Shown here: positions 37,804 to 46,472 of the stretch, one piece after another | Layout: each line of letters opens with the position of its first letter | Position numbering within the stretch: position 1 is the first letter of the stretch | Assembly (NCBI GenBank): GCA_035404205.1 | Contig: DAONGQ010000004.1 | Coordinates: 1 to 53,191 of the forward strand | Direction: 5' to 3' | DNA: 53,191 bases | Origin: Minisyncoccota bacterium | Lineage (GTDB): Bacteria > Patescibacteriota > Minisyncoccia > UBA6257 > JAVHQB01 | The notes under the pieces: generated by a model | Database searches by the model: none | Seen by the model: only the letters and a program-made list of their open reading frames with translations | What the model was told of the DNA's origin: nothing | Position numbers and translations under genes: made by a program

Positions 37804-38523
37804 ATGCTTAATTTTTGGCGCAATCTCAAAAGCTTTTTCTTAGAAACCCTGGAAGTAGTTTTAATTGCTTTGGCGATAGTTTTGCCTGTTCGTTATTTTA
37901 TTATCCAACCCTTTATAGTATATGGGCAAAGCATGGAACCATCTTTTTTTGATAAAGATTATCTCGTCGTAGATGAATTATCCTTCCGCTTAAGACCCAT
38001 TAAAAGGGGGGAGGTTATCATCTTTGAGGCCCCTGCCGATTTAACTGCAAACAACAATGTGGCTAATAAGGAAATTAATATAAAGGGTTTACTTTCCCTT
38101 TCTTTTGTAAGTGTCTCCAGGGTGGAAAGGAACAAATTTATAGATTTTTACCACAAGACAGGCTACTTGGTATCAGCCAAAGTGTATACAGCTTCCTCTA
38201 CCTTTTTCATCAAAAGAGTTATTGGCCTGCCGGGGGAAAAAATTACGATTCAAAATAGCACGGTAAAAATTTATAATGCCGAACATCCAGAGGGTTTTAT
38301 TTTAAATGAACCGTACCTCTCAAATTTGGTAAAAACTACCAGTGATATTAATGTCACCCTGCCTCCGCAACAATATTTTGTTATGGGTGATAATCGTATG
38401 AATTCTTATGATTCGCGTTCTTGGGGGAGTCTAAATGGGAAAGCAATTTTGGGGAGAGTTTGGCTAAGGGTTTGGCCATTAAGCCATGCTGCCGCCTTTG
38501 GCACCGACCCCTATAGTCTTTAG
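37804..38523 (+). CDS. lepB: Signal peptidase I, with a ~57-aa insertion between boxes C and D
   Basis: GQSMEPSF (catalytic Ser), RGEVIIF, IKRVIGLPGE (catalytic Lys), VMGDNR..S.DSR.WG. Confidence 0.85.
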   Translation: MLNFWRNLKSFFLETLEVVLIALAIVLPVRYFIIQPFIVYGQSMEPSFFDKDYLVVDELSFRLRPIKRGEVIIFEAPADLTANNNVANKEINIKGLLSLSFVSVSRVERNKFIDFYHKTGYLVSAKVYTASSTFFIKRVIGLPGEKITIQNSTVKIYNAEHPEGFILNEPYLSNLVKTTSDINVTLPPQQYFVMGDNRMNSYDSRSWGSLNGKAILGRVWLRVWPLSHAAAFGTDPYSL

Positions 38524-38543
38524 TTAAAATTGCAAATTAATCT

Positions 38544-39839
38544 ATGCCTAAAACAACAAAAGAAATTAAACGCAATGTGCAAGCGCCAAAAGGGATGCAT
38601 GACATTTTACCCAGGGATATTCCTTGGTGGCGCAAGTTCGAGACTGTAGCCAATGATTTAGCCGAAGCTTATGGCTTCAGAAAGATTATTACTCCCATAA
38701 CGGAAGAGACGGATATTTTTTCTAGGGGGGTGGGGCTAGAAACTGATATTGTTAATAAAGAAATGTATTCCTTTAAAACAAAAGGCGGTGATTTTTTGAC
38801 TTTGCGTCCAGAAGGAACGGCCGGAGTGGTAAGGGCTTATATAGAAAATAATATGTCTACTTGGCCTCAGCCGGTAAAGCTATATTATTGCGGTCCCATG
38901 TTTCGTCATGAAAATCCGCAGAAAGACCGTTATCGCCAATTTTTCCAGTTTGGACTAGAAGCTATCGGAGACCCTAGTCCAGTTATTGATGTTGAGATTA
39001 TTTGGGTTAGCTATTTAATTTTTAATTCTTTGGGTTTTAAAGATATTAACTTTGAAATCAATAGTATTGGTTGCCCCGCTTGTCGGGCTGATTATTTGAA
39101 AATAATTAAGAGTTTTTATAAGACCAAGCAAAATAAGCTGTGTTCGGCGTGCAAAGAACGTTTTAAAACTAATCCCTTGCGGCTCTTGGATTGCAAAGAA
39201 GCAAAATGTCAAGAATTAAGACAGGGATTACCCTCTATGCTGGATTCTCTTTGCCCCGAATGTCATGACCATTTTCATCAGGTGCTAGATATGTTGGATT
39301 ATTTGCAAGTGCCCTACACTCTGAACCCCTATCTAGTGAGGGGCCTAGATTATTACACCAAAACTGTTTTTGAAATAAAAACTATTTCTGGCGATAGCGC
39401 CATTTCTCTTGGCGGGGGAGGACGTTATGATGGGCTAGTAAAACTGCTAGGTGGCAGTAGCCAACCGGCAGTGGGGGTAGCCCTTGGAATTGACCGAATT
39501 ATTTCCGTTTTTCAGGCCCTGCATGACAAAGAACCCAATATCAAGAAAAATAGAGTTTATCTGGTGCAAATAGGTGAGGCAGCTAAAAAAAGAGCTTTTC
39601 TTCTCACTGAAGATTTGAGAAAAAACGGTATTAGCGTGTATAGCTCCCTTAGCAAAGACAGCCTCAGAAACCAATTAAAAACTGCCGATAGAGAAAAGGT
39701 AAAATTAGCTCTAATCTTAGGGCAAGAAGAAGAACGGGAGGGCACGATTATCATTAGGGATATGGAAAGTGGGATTCAGGAGGTGGTAATGCAAGATAAA
39801 TTAGTGCCTTCTATAAAGAAAAAACTTGCTTTAGAATAA
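38544..39839 (+). CDS. hisS: Histidine--tRNA ligase
   Basis: G..D.LP, LRPE.TA...R, Y..GPMFR.E.PQ..R.RQF.Q.G.E, GGGRYD.L class IIa motifs. Confidence 0.9.
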   Translation: MPKTTKEIKRNVQAPKGMHDILPRDIPWWRKFETVANDLAEAYGFRKIITPITEETDIFSRGVGLETDIVNKEMYSFKTKGGDFLTLRPEGTAGVVRAYIENNMSTWPQPVKLYYCGPMFRHENPQKDRYRQFFQFGLEAIGDPSPVIDVEIIWVSYLIFNSLGFKDINFEINSIGCPACRADYLKIIKSFYKTKQNKLCSACKERFKTNPLRLLDCKEAKCQELRQGLPSMLDSLCPECHDHFHQVLDMLDYLQVPYTLNPYLVRGLDYYTKTVFEIKTISGDSAISLGGGGRYDGLVKLLGGSSQPAVGVALGIDRIISVFQALHDKEPNIKKNRVYLVQIGEAAKKRAFLLTEDLRKNGISVYSSLSKDSLRNQLKTADREKVKLALILGQEEEREGTIIIRDMESGIQEVVMQDKLVPSIKKKLALE

Positions 39840-39972
39840 TTATTGCCAAAAACAGGGAAGATGAGTATACTGGTTTTATAGCTTTTAACTTTCTTTTTAC
39901 CTTATATTGGCTGTTTAAGCCGTCGTTTACTTATTTATTTAAAATTTAATTTTAGACTTTAAAATTTGCAAT

Positions 39973-40212
39973 ATGGCTATCAATATCGTCAGAAAAAATA
40001 ATGAACCGCTGTCTACCTATGTGTATCGGGCTATGCAAACTCTAAAAAAGAGTAATTTAGTGAAAGAGGTCAAAAAAAATCGTTATCACAAATCTAAAGA
40101 AAGCAATTTATCAAAGCATGAATCGGCTATTTATAAGCAAAAAAAGACAGCCGAGATTAATCATAAAAAGGTTTTAGGTCTCCCTTTTAAGACCAAGAAA
40201 AAACATAGATAA
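39973..40212 (+). CDS. rpsU: 30S ribosomal protein S21 (divergent)
   Basis: MAI.IVRKNNEP......R.........L..EVKK.RY.KSKE aligns by eye with the S21 pattern (V.V...E.....LRRFK......G.L.E.R.R..YEKP). Basic, 79 aa. Confidence 0.55.
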   Translation: MAINIVRKNNEPLSTYVYRAMQTLKKSNLVKEVKKNRYHKSKESNLSKHESAIYKQKKTAEINHKKVLGLPFKTKKKHR

Positions 40213-40232
40213 AATCCGTAGCAGCTGATTTT

Positions 40233-40730
40233 ATGATCGTTATTAGTTTTACTGGTCGTAAAAGCAAAATTCCGTTAACCTCTCGGGAATTGCAATTGAT
40301 AATTACGACTACTCAGAGATTGTTAGGTATTAAATTGCCTAAAGCTTTGCCCTTAGTGCTGAACTGTAAAATAGTCAACGAAAAAGAAATGGTTGCCATG
40401 AATGAGACCTGGCGACACCAAAAACAAGCCTCTCCCATTATTGCTTTTCCTGATTATTACTTGAAATTAGCTGGCGAACCGGTGAAAGAAGAAATCCACT
40501 TAGGAGATATGCTTATTTGTCCCCAAGTATTAAAGCAGAAGACCAAAGACAACTTTAGCGTTAACAACAAACAAAATTTTCGCCAACAGTTTATTCGTTC
40601 TTTCACTCATAGCCTGCTTCATTTATACGGATATACCCATGACAAAGACAAGCAAGCGAAGGCGATGGAAAAGAAAGAACAGCAGGTCTCGGATATTGTT
40701 ATTGAAAAATTAATTAAAAAGTCAGTTTAA
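40233..40730 (+). CDS. ybeY: rRNA maturation endoribonuclease YbeY
   Basis: H..LHL.GY.HD zinc motif near the C-terminus. 165 aa. Confidence 0.8.
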   Translation: MIVISFTGRKSKIPLTSRELQLIITTTQRLLGIKLPKALPLVLNCKIVNEKEMVAMNETWRHQKQASPIIAFPDYYLKLAGEPVKEEIHLGDMLICPQVLKQKTKDNFSVNNKQNFRQQFIRSFTHSLLHLYGYTHDKDKQAKAMEKKEQQVSDIVIEKLIKKSV

Positions 40731-40742
40731 TTATTCTCACCT

Positions 40743-41993
40743 ATGTTTCGATCTTCCAAAAAATTCGTTATGAGCTTGGATTTCGGAACAAATTCCGTCA
40801 AAGCTATTGTTGGCCGTCTTGACTCTAGAGATGATGCCAACCCCTTACAAATTCTTTTCAATATTTCTGTCCCCTCGGTAGGAATTAGAAAGGGCTCTAT
40901 TGCTAACATTCACGACCTGGAAGAGCTCCTTAATAATCTCATTAATCAATGCGAGCAAAAAATTGGGACCCCTATTGACCAGTTGCTTATTGGGGTAAAT
41001 CCTATTAACTGTAAAACTACTGTTTCTCGAGGGACGGCTATTACCAACGAACAAGGTAATATTATTAGCCAAAATACAGTTGATCGAGCCATTAATTCGG
41101 CTCAATCAGTTATCTTAGCTAATAATTATAGCCTGTTGAGACCCATTCCTTTAAAATATTATGTGGACGGGACCGGTGAGTACCGTTCAGCCATTGGTCT
41201 TAAAGGAATGCGCCTCGAAGCTGATGTCCTTTTGGTTAGCATTCTTTCTCAACAATTAGACGATCTCAACCAAATTATAAATTATTTGGATTTTCCCGAG
41301 GAAGACGCTTATGATGTTGGTTCTCTGCCAGCGGCTGACTTGGTTCTTACCAAAGAAGATAAAGAGTTGGGGGCAGTCGCAATTGATTTTGGCGCTCGCA
41401 CTACTTCTATTACCGTCTATGAAGAAAACAATTTAGTGGATACTAAAAGCATTCCCTACGGTAGTGCTTATTTAACAGACGATATCGGAATTTGTCTTCA
41501 ATTTGACCCAGTTTTAGCAGAGAAAATTAAAAAAATAGAGGGTTATATAGACCCTCGCAGACTGAACCGCTCTGATGTGTTAAATCTAGAGAGCTTAGGG
41601 CTAGTAGGAGAGGACTATACCGGAGAAATGGAAGTGTCTCGGAAGAAACTAGCAGCAGTGATAACAGCCCGTTTAGATGAAATTTTTGAAGCTATTAACC
41701 AGACCCTTGTGGCTATTAATCCCAACCGTCATTGGCCTGGAGGCGTTACTTTTTATGGTGGTGGCAGTAATTTATTAAATTTGGCTGATTACGCGAGGAT
41801 AAAATTGGGTTTACCCTGTAAGATTGCCACTTTACCTATAGCCTATAGCCGTTTAGGCTTAACCCTAGAGGATATTAATGCCGTGTCTCTGCTTAACACC
41901 TTGGTGAAAAACAATAATCCCGCAGAACATTCTGTTGGAAACAATAGCATTTTTATTAAATTCAAAAATTGGTTAAAAACCTTAGTGCCTTAA
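40743..41993 (+). CDS. ftsA: Cell division protein FtsA
   Basis: LD.GT.S.KAIVG, actin-fold phosphate motifs (.IDFG...T...V), immediately upstream of ftsZ. Confidence 0.85.
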   Translation: MFRSSKKFVMSLDFGTNSVKAIVGRLDSRDDANPLQILFNISVPSVGIRKGSIANIHDLEELLNNLINQCEQKIGTPIDQLLIGVNPINCKTTVSRGTAITNEQGNIISQNTVDRAINSAQSVILANNYSLLRPIPLKYYVDGTGEYRSAIGLKGMRLEADVLLVSILSQQLDDLNQIINYLDFPEEDAYDVGSLPAADLVLTKEDKELGAVAIDFGARTTSITVYEENNLVDTKSIPYGSAYLTDDIGICLQFDPVLAEKIKKIEGYIDPRRLNRSDVLNLESLGLVGEDYTGEMEVSRKKLAAVITARLDEIFEAINQTLVAINPNRHWPGGVTFYGGGSNLLNLADYARIKLGLPCKIATLPIAYSRLGLTLEDINAVSLLNTLVKNNNPAEHSVGNNSIFIKFKNWLKTLVP

Positions 41994-42052
41994 AAAATTT
42001 GCTTTTAAGGTATATAATAAGCACTAATTCATTTTAAATAATTTCTCACAAC

Positions 42053-43270
42053 GTGGCCAAAATAAAACCAGAGTTTGAAACAAATATTCGCATGAAAGTC
42101 GTGGGGGTTGGTGGCGCCGGCGGTAACGCTATTACCCGAATGGCTGATCACAAGATTAAAGGCATTAGTTTTATTGCTATAAATACTGACGACCAAGCGC
42201 TTCATCATAGCAAGGCGGATGAAAAGATTGCTATTGGAAAGGTTTTAACTAGAGGACTGGGGGCCGGTATGAATCCTGAAATAGGCTATGAATCGGCTAA
42301 AGAAAACATGGAGCAGATAGAGAATGCTGTCAAGGGCTCTGATTTAGTTTTTGTAACGGCTGGTTTAGGTGGTGGTACCGGTTCCGGTGCTAGCCCTGTG
42401 GTAGCCGAATTGGCAAGAAAAAATGGCGCCCTAGTTATTTCCGTGGTGACTAAACCATTTGGCTTTGAGGGTGGGAAACGCCAAGAAATAGCCGATGAAG
42501 CTTGGCAAAAACTTCAGGAACAGTCAGACGCCATTATCACAGTCCCGAACGATAAGGTTTTTAACCTGATAGATAGCAGCACTCCAATTTTGACCGCTTT
42601 TTCCTTAATAGATGATATTTTATATCAAGGAGTGAAAGGCATCTCCGACCTTATTACCTATCCTGGTATTATTAATTTGGATTTTGCTAACATCCGCACT
42701 ATTATGACTAATGCTGGAGAGGCGCTTATGGGTACAGGCAGGGCCAGCGGGGAGGGCCGGGCGCAGAAAGCGGCTCAGGCGGCAGTACATTCACCCCTGC
42801 TAGAAACGCAGATTAATGGGGCTACCCGTGTCCTGTTTAACGTGAGTGGTGGTCCGGACCTGTCTCTGGCGGAAATTAATGAGGCAGCCAAGGTAATCAC
42901 TGAAACTATTGATCCAAACGCCAAAGTTATTTTTGGCGCCATTTATGACGAAGGTCTCAAGAAGGGTGAAATTAAAATAACTGTTATTGCCGGAGGTTTT
43001 AATGAAAATACTTTTGATGAGAAAAATTTAGTCTTGCCTTTTGTTCGTCCTATAGTAACTTCCAAGAAAGCAGATGCCAGTGTTCCCTTTGATACTAAAG
43101 CAGATTTTACCTTTGCTAATAATGCCAATAAGAAAGAAGCGGTTTCCGCTAATAATAGCGTGAAAGTTGAAATTAATACTGACACGAACTCCAAAGAGGT
43201 CAAAACCAACGAAGAGAAGATAGAGGATATAGAAATTCCAGCTTTTCTGCGGAAGAAAAAACGTTTCTAA
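42053..43270 (+). CDS. ftsZ: Cell division protein FtsZ
   Basis: GVGGAGGNA, GLGGGTGSGA.PV.A, NLDFA.. motifs. GTG start. Confidence 0.95.
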   Translation: MAKIKPEFETNIRMKVVGVGGAGGNAITRMADHKIKGISFIAINTDDQALHHSKADEKIAIGKVLTRGLGAGMNPEIGYESAKENMEQIENAVKGSDLVFVTAGLGGGTGSGASPVVAELARKNGALVISVVTKPFGFEGGKRQEIADEAWQKLQEQSDAIITVPNDKVFNLIDSSTPILTAFSLIDDILYQGVKGISDLITYPGIINLDFANIRTIMTNAGEALMGTGRASGEGRAQKAAQAAVHSPLLETQINGATRVLFNVSGGPDLSLAEINEAAKVITETIDPNAKVIFGAIYDEGLKKGEIKITVIAGGFNENTFDEKNLVLPFVRPIVTSKKADASVPFDTKADFTFANNANKKEAVSANNSVKVEINTDTNSKEVKTNEEKIEDIEIPAFLRKKKRF

Positions 43271-43355
43271 TTGCCATTCCTTCTAGAATGGGGTAGGGGG
43301 GTCTTTGGTGCCTATTAAAATAATTTGGCTTTTAAAAAATAAAATATCTCCAAAT

Positions 43356-45488
43356 ATGATGGCTACAACTCATCAGAAGTTTGTTAATAAAATCAAAGAA
43401 GTTCGTAAAAGAAGCGGAGATATTCAAAAATTCGATGCTGAAAAAATACAAAATGCTATTTACAAAGCTCTTACCGCCACGGGAAATGGCGAGATGAAGG
43501 AGGCCAAAGAAATTTATAAGAAAGTTATTCTTCTTTTAAATAGACGTTTTAAAAAAGCGCCTTTGGTTAATGTTGAAGATATCCAAGATATTATTGAAGA
43601 GGTATTGATTTTAGAGAATTATGTCGATACCGCCAAGGCCTATATTCTCTATCGCGAGCAGCATCGCCAAATCAGAGAATTGAAAGCGGCCCAAAGCGAG
43701 TCGGTGGATTTGGTTGACCAATACCTCAATAATTTAGATTGGCAGGTTAAAGAGAATAGCAATATGACCTATTCTCTTCAGGGGCTGAATCATTATGTTG
43801 CTTCTGATGTCAGTAAGAAATATTGGTTAAATAAAATTTATCCTGTAGAGATTCGACAGGCAGCCAAGAGCGATGATATGCATATCCACAACCTGGATAT
43901 CCTAGGCGCTTATTGTTGCGGTTGGGACCTCTATGATATTCTGCAAAGAGGTTTCGGCGGCGTGAGCGGTAAAATCCAATCGCGACCAGCCAAGCATTTC
44001 CGAGCTGCCTTGGGGCAAGTAGTTAATTTTTTCTATACTTTACAGGGAGAATCGGCAGGCGCTCAAGCCTTGTCTAATTTTGATACCCTTTTAGCTCCCT
44101 TTATTCGTTATGACAATCTGAGTGAGAAAGAAGTAAAGCAAGCTTTGCAGGAGTTTATGTACAATTGCAACGTGCCTACTCGCGTTGGTTTTCAAACCCC
44201 CTTTACCAATATTACCTTAGACCTCAAAGTCCCTGCGCACTACAAAGACTTGCCAGTGATTATAGGGGGACTACCCCAAAAAGAGAGCTATGGAGCTTTT
44301 CAAACAGAGATGGACACGTTGAATAAGACTCTCTTTCAAATTTATTCCGAAGGAGATGCTAACGGTCGAGTTTTTAGTTTTCCTATTCCTACTTACAATA
44401 TTACCAAAGATTTTGATTGGGATAACCCCATGTACGATGGTTTATGGGAAATGACCGGCAAATATGGCATTCCCTATTTTTCCAATTTCGTTAATTCTGA
44501 TATGTCACCAGATGATGCTCGTTCTATGTGTTGTCGTCTTCGCTTGGATAATCGAGAATTGTATAAGAGGGGGGGAGGTCTTTTTGGCGCTAATCCTATG
44601 ACTGGGTCTATCGGAGTGGTCACTATTAATTTGCCCAGAATTGGTTACTTGGCTAAAAGCCGCAAAGAATTTTTTGCCCGTCTAGACAACCTAATGGATT
44701 TAGCTAAAAATAGCCTAGAGATTAAACGTAAAGTTTTAGAGAGCTGGACCCAAAAGAATTTATATCCTTACTCTAAATATTACCTTGAGAATGTTTATAA
44801 AATTAGGGGTTCTTATTGGGGGAATCATTTTTCTACCATTGGCCTTATCGGCATGAACGAGGCGCTGCAAAACTTTTTAGGGGTAGATATTACCACCAAA
44901 GAGGGACAAAATTTTTCTTTGGAGATTTTAGACCACATGAGAAATAAAATGTCAGAATATCAGGAAGCTACTGGCAATATGTATAATCTAGAGGCTACTC
45001 CGGCCGAAGGAACTTCTTATCGTTTGGCCAAGAGCGATAAAAACAAATATCCTGATATCATTACTGCCGGTACTACTAACCCCTATTATACTAATTCCAC
45101 TCAATTACCAGTAGGCTTTACCAATGACGTGTTCAAAGCCCTTAAACTCCAAGATGACTTGCAAACTAAATATACCGGTGGAACCGTATTTCATATGTTT
45201 GTAGGGGAAGCTATTACCGATTACGCTGCGGTGAAAAATCTTATTAAGACGGTAGTTTCCAATTATCGTTTGCCTTATATTACGCTTACTCCTACATTTA
45301 GTGTGTGTCCCACTCATGGCTATCTGAGCGGAAAGCATGAATATTGTCCGAAATGTGTAGTGGAACAAAAATGCGAAGTTTATTCTCGCATAGTCGGCTA
45401 TCTTCGCCCCGTAAATCAATGGAACGAAGGCAAACAGGAAGAGTTCAAAGAAAGAGTAACGTTTGACAAGGATTTGCCAGAGGCTTAG
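43356..45488 (+). CDS. nrdD: Anaerobic ribonucleoside-triphosphate reductase (class III), with N-terminal ATP-cone
   Basis: ATP-cone (V.KR.G....FD..KI..AI), barrel motifs (F.FP.PTYN., CCRL.LD), C-terminal Zn site (CP.H...CPKC) and glycyl-radical motif SRIVGYLRP. ATG 43356 is preferred over GTG 43305. Confidence 0.95.
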   Translation: MMATTHQKFVNKIKEVRKRSGDIQKFDAEKIQNAIYKALTATGNGEMKEAKEIYKKVILLLNRRFKKAPLVNVEDIQDIIEEVLILENYVDTAKAYILYREQHRQIRELKAAQSESVDLVDQYLNNLDWQVKENSNMTYSLQGLNHYVASDVSKKYWLNKIYPVEIRQAAKSDDMHIHNLDILGAYCCGWDLYDILQRGFGGVSGKIQSRPAKHFRAALGQVVNFFYTLQGESAGAQALSNFDTLLAPFIRYDNLSEKEVKQALQEFMYNCNVPTRVGFQTPFTNITLDLKVPAHYKDLPVIIGGLPQKESYGAFQTEMDTLNKTLFQIYSEGDANGRVFSFPIPTYNITKDFDWDNPMYDGLWEMTGKYGIPYFSNFVNSDMSPDDARSMCCRLRLDNRELYKRGGGLFGANPMTGSIGVVTINLPRIGYLAKSRKEFFARLDNLMDLAKNSLEIKRKVLESWTQKNLYPYSKYYLENVYKIRGSYWGNHFSTIGLIGMNEALQNFLGVDITTKEGQNFSLEILDHMRNKMSEYQEATGNMYNLEATPAEGTSYRLAKSDKNKYPDIITAGTTNPYYTNSTQLPVGFTNDVFKALKLQDDLQTKYTGGTVFHMFVGEAITDYAAVKNLIKTVVSNYRLPYITLTPTFSVCPTHGYLSGKHEYCPKCVVEQKCEVYSRIVGYLRPVNQWNEGKQEEFKERVTFDKDLPEA
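45366..45469 (+). repeat. 104-bp perfect direct repeat, copy 1 (3' end of nrdD, encoding the glycyl-radical segment)
   Basis: CAAAAATGCGAAGTTTATTCTCGCATAGTCGGCTATCTTCGCCCC...GTAACGTTTGACAA is identical base for base to 45654-45757. Confidence 0.98.
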
Positions 45489-45512
45489 TGTTAATTATTT
45501 ATTTTCATTTAT

Positions 45513-45770
45513 ATGGAAACAGAAAAATATTTTTGCCACGATTGTGGAAAAGAAATTACTGAACAAGACGAAGTAGCTGGTTATGAATTTGCTGGGAAAA
45601 AATACTATAAGTGTTTGGCTTGCTATGACAAGGACCCGGTCCTAAGGAATATTCAAAAATGCGAAGTTTATTCTCGCATAGTCGGCTATCTTCGCCCCGT
45701 AAATCAATGGAACGAAGGCAAACAGGAAGAGTTCAAAGAAAGAGTAACGTTTGACAAAAATCTTGACTAG
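45513..45770 (+). CDS. Stand-alone zinc-ribbon + glycyl-radical-motif mini-protein (NrdD C-terminal paralog)
   Basis: Intact 85-aa ORF with an ATG start. The N-terminal half has CxxC-x21-CxxC. The C-terminal 35 aa (QKCEVYSRIVGYLRPVNQWNEGKQEEFKERVTFDK) are identical to the NrdD C-terminus. Confidence 0.7.
   Translation: METEKYFCHDCGKEITEQDEVAGYEFAGKKYYKCLACYDKDPVLRNIQKCEVYSRIVGYLRPVNQWNEGKQEEFKERVTFDKNLD
45654..45757 (+). repeat. 104-bp perfect direct repeat, copy 2
   Basis: Identical to 45366-45469, 288 bp downstream, with unrelated flanks. Confidence 0.98.
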
Positions 45771-45773
45771 CTT

Positions 45774-46472
45774 ATGCAGTTTGGGGGGTTACAAGAATTA
45801 ACCTTAATAGATTATCCTGGCAAAGTCGCTGCCACTGTTTTTTCTCTTGGTTGCAATTTTAGATGTTATTATTGTCACAACCCAGAATTAGTTTTACCTG
45901 AGAAAATAAAGGGTCAGCCCCTCATTACCGAAGGTTTTGTTTTGGAGTTTCTTAAAAGTCGTATGAAATTACTCCAAGGTCTATGCATTACAGGTGGCGA
46001 GCCTACCTTACAGGGTGATCTCCCCCTTTTTATTAAAGCTGTCAAAAATTTGGGTTTTTTGGTCAAACTAGATACCAATGGCATCAATCCCGATATGCTT
46101 CATTTGTTGATAGCCGATCATTTAGTGGACTATATCGCCATGGACGTTAAGACTGCGCCGGCTAAATATGAAACGGTGACAGGCACATCTGTTGACATAG
46201 CTAAACTCAAGGATTCTATAAATCTTATTAAGCAAAGTAGTCTGGAATATGAGTTCAGAACCACTATGGCTCCCGGTATCACAGCGCAAGATGTTTTGGC
46301 TATTGCTGATTTGATAGGCGGAGCGGATAATTATTACTTGCAAACTTTTCATGATAATGGAAAATGCCTCAAGGATGTGCGCTATTTCGGCCGCAGCTTA
46401 AGCGAAGCAGAGTTGCAGTCGCTTCAAGAAAAACTAGTTGATCGCTTTACCCATGTGGCAATTAGAGACTAA
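45774..46472 (+). CDS. nrdG: Anaerobic ribonucleotide reductase activating enzyme (radical SAM)
   Basis: DYPGK.A......GCNFRCYYCHN (CxxxCxxC) and GGEPTL. 232 aa. Confidence 0.9.
   Translation: MQFGGLQELTLIDYPGKVAATVFSLGCNFRCYYCHNPELVLPEKIKGQPLITEGFVLEFLKSRMKLLQGLCITGGEPTLQGDLPLFIKAVKNLGFLVKLDTNGINPDMLHLLIADHLVDYIAMDVKTAPAKYETVTGTSVDIAKLKDSINLIKQSSLEYEFRTTMAPGITAQDVLAIADLIGGADNYYLQTFHDNGKCLKDVRYFGRSLSEAELQSLQEKLVDRFTHVAIRD

Noticed and set aside
43271-43355. NrdR operator boxes upstream of nrdD.
   Set aside because: I looked for the ~16-bp ACACNATATNTNGTGT-type palindromes and found none. Only a short hairpin (CCATTC/GAATGG) is present.
45513-45770. Reading the mini-ORF as a dead remnant of a simple tandem duplication of the nrdD 3' end.
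   Set aside because: It is not fully excluded. However, the ORF has its own ATG, an intact frame, and a distinct complete 4-Cys zinc ribbon unrelated at DNA level to nrdD. Identity is confined exactly to the radical segment, which fits a functional mosaic gene better than decay.
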